Shown here piece by piece: positions 17,816 through 24,661 of a DNA stretch of 53,843 nt. How positions within the stretch are numbered: position 1 is the first letter of the stretch; every line of letters begins with the position of its first letter. Source of the DNA: Gammaproteobacteria bacterium (GTDB lineage Bacteria; Pseudomonadota; Gammaproteobacteria; Steroidobacterales; Steroidobacteraceae); the NCBI GenBank assembly GCA_027451085.1, contig DAIDKA010000237.1, positions 1-53,843 on the forward strand, given 5' to 3'. Below the pieces are notes generated by a model. It searched no databases and was not told where the DNA came from. It saw nothing but the letters and a program-made list of their open reading frames with translations. The position numbers and the translations under genes were made by a program.

Positions 17816-19384
17816 ATGATGGACAAAGATTTCAGTTTGTTGCAGACGGCAAGCCTTTGCCGTCATGCCCGGACCGTTGGACTGCAGCTGCTGCGAACCT
17901 TCCGAATCCGGCAATTCTTTGCCGCTGCGGCCATTCTTACCGCTACCTGCCTTGCCTTTGAACCGGTACAGGCGCGGGCCGCGGGCTTCCCGGCCCTTGC
18001 CGCCCTCAGCACCGGCGGTCCCAGGGTCAGCGCCCTGGCGGTGGACCTCAGCGACGGACGCGTGCTTGCGGAACTCGATGCCGGTACACGTCTGACGCCG
18101 GCTTCGCTCACCAAGCTCAGCGTGGCGGGCGCGACGCTCGATCACTGGCCCGCCGACCACACTTTCCAGACGCGCCTGCTGGCAGCAGGGGAGGTCGAGA
18201 GCGGCACGCTCGTGGGAGATCTCGTTCTGCAAGGTGGCGGTGATCCTTCACTGGAGGCTGCCACCCTGTGGAGCCTGGCCGCGCAGGTGCGCGGCGCCGG
18301 CATCGCCGCAATCCACGGCCGGCTGGTGGTGAACGTCGCACCGTTCGGGGTGGTGGGTTGCGAGACCAGGGACCGCTGCGATGCCCTGCAGAGAAGCGAC
18401 CGTTCCTACAATGCACCCGTGGCGGCCGCCGGCGTCGACTACGGTACGTGGTGCATCAGCGTACGGCCCGGTTCTCCGGGCCGGTCCGCGCAGGTGCGCG
18501 GCTGCCAGGTGTCACTGCTGCCCATCGAAGTGGACGGCAGCATCCGCACCGTCGGTCATGGTGGCCGTACCACCTTCCGGGCCGAACGTGTGACCATCGC
18601 GGGAACCGATGTGCTGCGCGTGGGCGGCGATATCGCCGCCGGGGACCCGCAGGAACTGTACCGGGCCATGTCCGATCCCGCCCACGGCACCGGGCTGCTG
18701 CTGCGGGAAATGCTGCGCGAGATCGGTGTGACGGTGTCCGGCGAGGTTGTCGTCAGCACCGAGGTGCCGGTGCGCACCTCCCTGCTGGCGCACACCGACG
18801 GGCTGATGCTGTCCGAACTGCTGGATCGCATGTTGCGCTACTCGAACAACTACATCGCCGATGTGCTGACCCTGGACCTGGCCGCAGACACGCAAAGCAT
18901 GCCGCCGGCGACGCTGGCTGCCGCTGGCGGCGTGCTGTCTGATTTCGTGGGCGCCGCGCTTGCGGGGGCTGGCCATCCGCGCGGCTGCATCAGCGACACG
19001 CCGCCATTGCTGCACAGTGGCAGCGGTCTTACCCCGGAGAACCTGCTGTCCGCCTGCGATCTGGTGTCGGTGCTGGCGCGCCAGTACCGGGACACGCGGC
19101 ATTTCCCCGTGTTCTATGGGGGGCTGGTCGTGCCGCGTGATGCGCCCTTCGCCTTCCTGCGCCAGGGTGGCGCGGCCTGGCTGGATCGCGTCGCGCTCAA
19201 AACCGGCAGCATGGACGATCCGCATTCCGTGCTGGGTGTTGCGGGTTACCTGCGGAAAAAGGACGGGGGCTTCATCGCCGTTGCCGCCATCGTCAATGGC
19301 GGCGGTGCACGGCTGCATGTACCCCTGGGCAGCTCCATGGAGGCCGTGCGCGCCGACATCGAGTCGCTGCTGGAGCGCTATTGA
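17816..19384 (+). CDS. dacB: D-alanyl-D-alanine carboxypeptidase/endopeptidase, PBP4 (peptidase S13) family
   Basis: I chose ATG 17816 (MMDKDF...). The upstream 210 codons of the track ORF are the antisense image of the S/T-rich gene. SxxK (ASLTK), SxN (YSNN) and KTG (LKTGS) occur in the canonical order. Confidence 0.8.
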   Translation: MMDKDFSLLQTASLCRHARTVGLQLLRTFRIRQFFAAAAILTATCLAFEPVQARAAGFPALAALSTGGPRVSALAVDLSDGRVLAELDAGTRLTPASLTKLSVAGATLDHWPADHTFQTRLLAAGEVESGTLVGDLVLQGGGDPSLEAATLWSLAAQVRGAGIAAIHGRLVVNVAPFGVVGCETRDRCDALQRSDRSYNAPVAAAGVDYGTWCISVRPGSPGRSAQVRGCQVSLLPIEVDGSIRTVGHGGRTTFRAERVTIAGTDVLRVGGDIAAGDPQELYRAMSDPAHGTGLLLREMLREIGVTVSGEVVVSTEVPVRTSLLAHTDGLMLSELLDRMLRYSNNYIADVLTLDLAADTQSMPPATLAAAGGVLSDFVGAALAGAGHPRGCISDTPPLLHSGSGLTPENLLSACDLVSVLARQYRDTRHFPVFYGGLVVPRDAPFAFLRQGGAAWLDRVALKTGSMDDPHSVLGVAGYLRKKDGGFIAVAAIVNGGGARLHVPLGSSMEAVRADIESLLERY

Positions 19385-19511
19385 GCCTCGGTCCGCCGTG
19401 AGGCGGCTGAGCGTCGAAAGTGGTGGATTATGTCGCTGGGAACGGAGAACCTTGCGGGCGTGCCGATGTACCTGAGCCGGGAGGCCAGCCTCTCGACAAT
19501 GCGCGGCACAT

Positions 19512-19535
19512 GGCAGGCCGCAGTAATGGCCTGCC
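19512..19535. repeat. Perfect 8-bp inverted repeat/hairpin in the dacB-ybjQ spacer
   Basis: GGCAGGCC (19512-19519) pairs with GGCCTGCC (19528-19535) across an 8-nt loop. It lies about 50 nt upstream of the ybjQ start. Its function is unknown. Confidence 0.3.
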
Positions 19536-19587
19536 GACGGCAACGGGTAAGGATTTAAATAGTGGCGCAGACCGGGGAGGGTGGGTG

Positions 19588-19932
19588 ATGGCAATGGATC
19601 ATAATCTGGTGACGACGACTTTCGAGCTGCCCGGACACCGGGTGGTGCGCAGCCTCGGCCTGGTGCGTGGCATCACCGTGCGCTCGCGCTCGATCGTCGG
19701 CAACATCGCAGGCGGCCTGCAGACGTTGTTCGGCGGCCACATCTCCGTCTACACGAAGTTGTGTGAGCGGGCGCGTTCGGATGCTTATGACCTCATGTGC
19801 GAGCACGCGCGCAAGCAGGGGGCCAATGCCATCGTCGGCGTGCGCTACGACGCCACGGATCTGATGGCGGGCCTGACCGAGGTGCTGTGTTATGGCACCG
19901 CCGTGGTCGTCGAGCAGTCACCCGGCAGCTGA
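19588..19932 (+). CDS. YbjQ family protein (UPF0145)
   Basis: ATG 19588 follows [49 protein letters not shown]...[11 protein letters not shown]...[10 protein letters not shown] is the YbjQ pattern. Confidence 0.85.
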   Translation: MAMDHNLVTTTFELPGHRVVRSLGLVRGITVRSRSIVGNIAGGLQTLFGGHISVYTKLCERARSDAYDLMCEHARKQGANAIVGVRYDATDLMAGLTEVLCYGTAVVVEQSPGS

Positions 19933-19955
19933 AAGATCCGGACGCTGCGGTATCA

Positions 19956-20537
19956 ATGATGGGCAAGTCCCGGCTGGAAGCCTTCAGTGACGGCGTGATC
20001 GCCATCATCATCACCATCATGGTGCTGGAAATGAAGGTGCCGCATGGCACGGCACTCACGGACCTCCTGACGCAGGTCCCGGTGTTCCTGAGCTACGTGC
20101 TGAGCTACCTGTACGTGGGTATCTACTGGAACAACCATCACCACCTGCTGCACGCCTGCACGCGGGTGACGGGCGGGGTGCTGTGGGCCAACCTGCACCT
20201 GCTGTTCTGGCTGTCGCTGTTCCCGTTCGCCACCGGCTGGCTGGGGGAGAACCGCAGTGCCGCGTTGCCCACCGCCGTCTATGGCATGGTGCTGCTGGCG
20301 GCCGCCATTGCTTACTGGATTCTGCAACGCACGATCATCGCGGCCGAGGGGGCTGAGTCCAGGCTCAGGCGCGCACTGGGCGGGGACTGGAAGGGAAAAC
20401 TTTCCCCGGTGCTCTATCTCTGCGGCATCGTGCTGGGCTTCCGGCAGCAGCAGCTGGCGCAGGCGATCTACGCCCTGGTGGCGCTCATGTGGCTCGTGCC
20501 GGACCGGCGCATCGAGCGTACGATGACGCACCCATGA
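19956..20537 (+). CDS. TMEM175 family potassium channel (DUF1211)
   Basis: ATG 19956 (MMGKSRLEAFSDGVIAIIITIMVLE) carries the hallmark RLEAFSDGV helix-1 motif. The protein is 193 aa with six hydrophobic helices. Confidence 0.85.
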   Translation: MMGKSRLEAFSDGVIAIIITIMVLEMKVPHGTALTDLLTQVPVFLSYVLSYLYVGIYWNNHHHLLHACTRVTGGVLWANLHLLFWLSLFPFATGWLGENRSAALPTAVYGMVLLAAAIAYWILQRTIIAAEGAESRLRRALGGDWKGKLSPVLYLCGIVLGFRQQQLAQAIYALVALMWLVPDRRIERTMTHP

Positions 20538-20622
20538 TGGAATACCTCGCGCATCGCTGGCTGTTCACCCTCCTGTGGGTGCCCTGGTTGTTCTGATCCC
20601 TTGAGCCTTGAGTGGAGGCCGC

Positions 20623-20928
20623 GTGCACTTTCTTCTGTTTTATGACCTGGCGCCCAATTACCTGACGGACCGTGTAGCCCACCGCAACCAGCACCTCGCA
20701 CTGGCCTGGGCAGCGCAGGCACGAGGCGAGATCATCCTGGCGGGCGCGCTGGCAGAGCCTGCCGACCGGGCGGTGTTCCTGTTCCAGGGCGACAGTGACG
20801 CGGCTGCGCGCGCCTTTGCGGCGGCCGATCCCTACGTGAAGGCGGGCCTGGTCAGGAGCTGGTCGGTGCGCCCCTGGACCACCGTGGTGGGCGAGGCGGC
20901 TGCCAACCCCGTGCGCCCCGGCGCCTGA
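20623..20928 (+). CDS. YciI family protein
   Basis: GTG 20623 lies 5 nt after GGAGG (the track lists TTG 20608). The product is about 101 aa. HFLLFYDL...HRNQHLALAWAAQARGEIILAGAL...AAADPYVKAGLV...W is YciI-like. Confidence 0.7.
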   Translation: MHFLLFYDLAPNYLTDRVAHRNQHLALAWAAQARGEIILAGALAEPADRAVFLFQGDSDAAARAFAAADPYVKAGLVRSWSVRPWTTVVGEAAANPVRPGA

Positions 20929-20930
20929 GC

Positions 20931-22220
20931 ATGCCGTTGTCCTATCTGCTGCTGGCGCTGGCGGCCACCGCGGTTGCGCTGCTGCTGGTCCTGCTGTTGC
21001 GCAAGCCGCGGCTGGAAATGCCCCCCGACCTCGCCACGCGCCTGGCGCTCATGGAGCAGAACACCCAGGGACTGGCGCAGGCCTGTGCCCGGCTCGAGGG
21101 CAGCATCGGGGCGATGTCCGCGGGATTGCGGGACCAGCTCGAGGGCAATGGCACGCAACTGCGCGACCGGCTGATGTCGCTGCAGGCGACCATCGATCAG
21201 CGCCTGCAGGACATCGCGCAGGGTGCCAGCGCCAACGCCGAGCAGGTGCGCAATGCCCTGAATGAGCGTCTCGCCGCCATCCAGGCCGACAACGGCCGCA
21301 AGCTGGACGAGATGCGCCAGACCGTGGATGAAAAACTCCATGCCACCCTGGAGCAGCGGCTGGGGGATTCCTTCAAGCTGGTGAGCGAGCGCCTGGAGCA
21401 GGTGCACATGGGACTGGGCGAGATGAAGTCCCTCGCCGGCAGTGTCGGTGATCTCAAGCGCGTGATGACCAACGTCAGGACGCGCGGCACCTGGGGCGAG
21501 TGGCAGCTGGGCGCCATCATCGAGTCGCTGTTCACCACCGACCAGTACGCGCGCAACGTCAAGACCGTACCGGGCAGCAACGACCTCGTGGAGTTCGCTC
21601 TGCGCATGCCTGGCCGCAGCGACGATGAGCCGGTGTGGCTGCCCATCGATGCCAAGTATCCGGTGGAGGACTACCAGCGGCTGCTTGACGCCTATGATGC
21701 CGCGGACAAGACGCAGATCCAGCAGTCAGTCACGGCTTTCGAAAGTTCTATCCGCAACGAAGCGAAGAAGATCGCCGCCAAGTACCTGAGCCCACCGCAC
21801 ACCACGGATTTCGCCATCCTGTTCGTGCCCACGGAGGGCCTGTTCGCCGAAGTGCTGCGGGTGCCGGGCCTCGCCGAGTCGCTGCAGAACCAGTACAAGG
21901 TCGTGGTGGCCGGCCCCACCACGCTGGCTGCCACCTTAAGCAGCGTGCGGGTGGGCTTCCGCACGCTCGCCATCGAGAAGCGTTCCTCGGAGGTCTGGAA
22001 GGTGCTGGGCAGCGTGAAAACCGAGTTCCAGAAATTCGGCGACGTCGTGGACGCCACCAAGCGCTCCATCGACCAGGCCGCCAACAAGTTCAACGAGCTG
22101 GGGATAAGAACCCGCGCCATCCAGCGCGGGCTGCGCGGCGTCGAGGAGCTGCCGGTCGCGGACGCCAAGCCGTTGCCGCAGGGACAGCTGCCGCTGCAGG
22201 ATGAGGACGAAGCCGGCTAG
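20931..22220 (+). CDS. rmuC: DNA recombination protein RmuC
   Basis: The 429-aa protein has an N-terminal TM, a long coiled coil and a C-terminal nuclease-like core (WLPIDAKYPVEDY, FAILFVPTEGLFAE, VVVAGPTTLAATL). Confidence 0.9.
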   Translation: MPLSYLLLALAATAVALLLVLLLRKPRLEMPPDLATRLALMEQNTQGLAQACARLEGSIGAMSAGLRDQLEGNGTQLRDRLMSLQATIDQRLQDIAQGASANAEQVRNALNERLAAIQADNGRKLDEMRQTVDEKLHATLEQRLGDSFKLVSERLEQVHMGLGEMKSLAGSVGDLKRVMTNVRTRGTWGEWQLGAIIESLFTTDQYARNVKTVPGSNDLVEFALRMPGRSDDEPVWLPIDAKYPVEDYQRLLDAYDAADKTQIQQSVTAFESSIRNEAKKIAAKYLSPPHTTDFAILFVPTEGLFAEVLRVPGLAESLQNQYKVVVAGPTTLAATLSSVRVGFRTLAIEKRSSEVWKVLGSVKTEFQKFGDVVDATKRSIDQAANKFNELGIRTRAIQRGLRGVEELPVADAKPLPQGQLPLQDEDEAG

Positions 22221-22221
22221 G

Positions 22222-22713
22222 TCACCCCGCGAAAGCCACGTGTTCGATCTGCCAGCCGCCGCTGCCCAGGGCGTAATCCACCCTCAGCCGGCGCCGCTCG
22301 GTGTGGCACATCGCACCGTGCCCCTGGGCGTGGGCCATCTGCGCCAGTGTGCAGTCCAGCGGCAGTGGAGTCTGGAAATCGACGAGGCAGTCGAACTGAC
22401 CGGTGGCGTTGCGGCCGTCCGCGGCGAGTTCGATCCGGTCCGCGGCGCCAGCCGGGTCCGCCGTGATCCGGCGTATGGTCTGACCCAGCAGCGGATCGCT
22501 GAACCCTGAGTCAATCCGTCGCAGCCAGGCCTGGTGCAGGTCGCGGATGGCGGCGTCGCCTTGCAGGCGCGCAACCGCGGCGTCGTTCGTGCGGTTGCCG
22601 GCCAGCGCCATGGCCGGGACGGCTGCAAGAGGCGCGGCCAGCAGCGCACCGCTTTTGAGGAAACTGCGGCGGGTGGCCTTGGGGCGGCGCGTCGTGCTGG
22701 TGTCCTGGTCCAT
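22222..22713 (-). CDS. Small Tat-signal protein (possible NTF2-like fold), partner of the upstream MoaF-like gene
   Basis: ATG 22713 lies 6 nt after GAGGA and 9 nt after the upstream gene's stop. The twin-arginine signal is TRRSFLKSGALLAAPLAAVPAMALA. The mature part is about 120 aa (AAIRDLHQAWLRRIDSG...WQIEHVAF). Confidence 0.7.
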   Translation of the reverse strand: MDQDTSTTRRPKATRRSFLKSGALLAAPLAAVPAMALAGNRTNDAAVARLQGDAAIRDLHQAWLRRIDSGFSDPLLGQTIRRITADPAGAADRIELAADGRNATGQFDCLVDFQTPLPLDCTLAQMAHAQGHGAMCHTERRRLRVDYALGSGGWQIEHVAFAG

Positions 22714-22722
22714 GATCCGTCC

Positions 22723-24471
22723 TCAGGTCCTGATCTGGAAGTACTGGTCCACGTTGAACTTGCCGGCATGGCGCACGATGGCGCCGATGGCGCTCATGTT
22801 GAGGCCGTTCTTGCCGCAGCTATAGCCGATGCCGGCGTCGTGCATGATGTTCAGGTTCAGCAGGATGGTGCCCAGCGTGCCGTTGCAGGCTTCCTCCAGC
22901 CAGTACATGAAGTAGATGCCGTCCCGGATCTTCACGAAGTCTCCCGGGCCGCTCCACTCCAGGCCGCCGTGCTGGTCCGGCGTGAAGATGATCCACGACA
23001 CCGTATGCGGCGTGGAATACAGGTGCATGGACACCAGCCCCGGAGCATAGCTGTAGGTGATGCAGCGGCCGAGCATCTCGGTCGTGCGGGCGTGGCGGCG
23101 GTACATGGGAGGCTGGATGCCTTCCATGTCGATGATGCCGAACAGGGTGCGCGCACCGGCCTCGTTGGCGAAGTACGGCGTGTTGAGGTGGCCGTTGTAG
23201 CAGGTCACCAGCCCCTGGTGGAAGTCTGCCGCGATGATGTGTCCGTCGTGGTCCGGCGCACCTTCGAGCAGATGCCCGAACAGGATCAGGCCCGGCGCGA
23301 CTTCGTAGGACTGGTAGCGTGCGCTGACCCAGCCGCCCTGGCCATCCTTGCGCCATTTGAGCTGGTCAGGACCTGTGACCTGGTACTCCATCACGGGGCC
23401 GTTGTCGTAGCGCAGCGTGAAGGTCTTGCCGGACAGAAAGTCGCTGGCGGGCAGGGCGTTGTGGCTCATGCCGGCGGCACCACCGGTGCTGACCCGGGCC
23501 GGGAAGGCGTTGGAGTGTTCGCGGACGATGCTGGCAACTTCCTGCCGGGAAAGCTTCTCCTCGGTCTTGATGGGCCGGTAGACCCGGCGCGCACCCTTCA
23601 CGGGTTTGCCATCCTTGCCCGGTGGCGCCGGCACCGGGTTGCCGGTGTTGTCTTCGAATTTCTCGAAGTGGGCGATCTGGCCCACGATGTCGCCGCGGGA
23701 ACGGAACAGGTCGTAGTGCAGCGCGTCCTGCTCGTCGAATCCCAGCCGCAGGCCCATGCGCTGGCTGCGGTTCATGTCGATCACGCAGGCGGTGAAGGCG
23801 CCCGAGAACTCGCACTCGGTGCGGGTGTAGAGGAAGAAATCGTCATTGAGTTTGACGTAGTCCGACGGGGCGCTGTAGCCGAGTTCGCCACCGGTGCGCG
23901 ACAGTTCCACGAAGTGCGAGTACGCCGCGGAGGGGTAGTATTCCAGCGTCTGGGTGTCGTCGTCGTCACGCCAGTGATAGCCCCGGCCTTCCAGGCGGTT
24001 GGTGAACTCGTGCCGGCCCGTGGGCGCGGCGCCGCTTGTCTCAATGTAGCCGAACCAGACCTGGCGCTGGACCTCGCGGTTGTCTTCATACCCGCTGAAC
24101 CACAGTTCGACCACGGTGGCAAGCTTGCTGTCGCGGTCGACGGCGACGGCAAAGCCGCGCTGGGTGCCGGGGATCATGTGGCTGAAGAAGCAGATCCGGT
24201 CCGCCTTGAGTGCGCCGAACGCGGTCGTGATGGCCGCACCGCCGTTTTCGGCCAGGGACAGCCGGGTATTGCTCGTGAACCGGTAGCTGAGCGTGGGGCC
24301 GCCGTCGGTGACGAGCGTCAGCGAGGTGCCGGCAAAGTCCACCGCCAGGGGCGAAGTGCTGCGCGGGCCGCGCCGGATGACGGGTTCCAGCTTGTCGGTG
24401 ATCTGTTCCGGGGTGAGGCGGGTGTAGGCGAAGCGGTACATCGGCTGCTTCGGGTAGGGCGTGGCCGGCAT
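22723..24471 (-). CDS. Tandem MoaF-like (calycin-type) domain protein with no signal peptide
   Basis: ATG 24471 lies 6 nt after GGGAG (alternative ATG at 24492). The 582-aa protein has a visible internal duplication: FAGTSLTLVTDGGPTLSYRFTSNTRL aligns with LSGKTFTLRYDNGPVMEYQVTGPDQL, and SDYVKLNDDFFLY aligns with GDFVKIRDGIYFMY. The L-x-GK-x-x-x-L-x-Y-D-x-G pattern resembles MoaF N-domains as I recall them. Confidence 0.7.
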   Translation of the reverse strand: MPATPYPKQPMYRFAYTRLTPEQITDKLEPVIRRGPRSTSPLAVDFAGTSLTLVTDGGPTLSYRFTSNTRLSLAENGGAAITTAFGALKADRICFFSHMIPGTQRGFAVAVDRDSKLATVVELWFSGYEDNREVQRQVWFGYIETSGAAPTGRHEFTNRLEGRGYHWRDDDDTQTLEYYPSAAYSHFVELSRTGGELGYSAPSDYVKLNDDFFLYTRTECEFSGAFTACVIDMNRSQRMGLRLGFDEQDALHYDLFRSRGDIVGQIAHFEKFEDNTGNPVPAPPGKDGKPVKGARRVYRPIKTEEKLSRQEVASIVREHSNAFPARVSTGGAAGMSHNALPASDFLSGKTFTLRYDNGPVMEYQVTGPDQLKWRKDGQGGWVSARYQSYEVAPGLILFGHLLEGAPDHDGHIIAADFHQGLVTCYNGHLNTPYFANEAGARTLFGIIDMEGIQPPMYRRHARTTEMLGRCITYSYAPGLVSMHLYSTPHTVSWIIFTPDQHGGLEWSGPGDFVKIRDGIYFMYWLEEACNGTLGTILLNLNIMHDAGIGYSCGKNGLNMSAIGAIVRHAGKFNVDQYFQIRT

Positions 24472-24580
24472 GTGATCTCCCTTCGTGGCCATGACGTTGG
24501 CGGACCCTGAAACCTGTTGTTCCGCCAGCGGTCCCCGGACGGTCTGACAGGCCTTATAATATAAAGCTGGCAGGGCTGGG

Positions 24581-24593
24581 GTGTTGCCAACAC
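24581..24593. promoter_or_regulatory. Perfect 6-1-6 palindrome GTGTTGcCAACAC in a divergent promoter region (candidate operator)
   Basis: It is seen directly at 24581-24593. It lies 20 nt from the only AT-rich patch of the spacer (TTATAATATAAAG, with TATAAT at 24555-24560), between the divergent 24471(-) and 24662(+) genes. Confidence 0.25.
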
Positions 24594-24661
24594 AACGGTG
24601 ACGCAATGGCACAGCCAGACCCGCCGCCTGCGGGACGGCTGTATCGGCATACAGGATTATC

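Noticed and set aside
16931-18232. 433-aa minus-strand ORF, and the first 210 codons of the 732-aa plus-strand ORF (17186-17815)
   Set aside because: Both are alternative-frame or antisense readings of the repetitive S/T-rich gene region, giving His/Arg/Pro-rich or Val/Ala/Trp-rich nonsense. The PBP4 motifs begin only after ATG 17816.
19385-19587. A possible ion or fluoride-type riboswitch upstream of the ybjQ and TMEM175 genes
   Set aside because: The spacer has an 8-bp hairpin but no recognisable crcB, nhaA-I or other riboswitch consensus that I can identify by eye. It is kept only as an inverted-repeat feature.
22534-24510. 658-aa ORF on the plus strand
   Set aside because: It is antisense to the MoaF-like gene and the small Tat gene. 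Its composition is low-information (G/A/V/R/D). The minus-strand genes have ribosome-binding sites, a Tat signal and an internal domain duplication.
24472-24600. A possible Moco riboswitch in the leader of the MoaF-like gene
   Set aside because: The name MoaF prompted the check. I could not recognise the conserved Moco-motif stems or loops in the short leader, and MoaF proteins are not established Moco enzymes.
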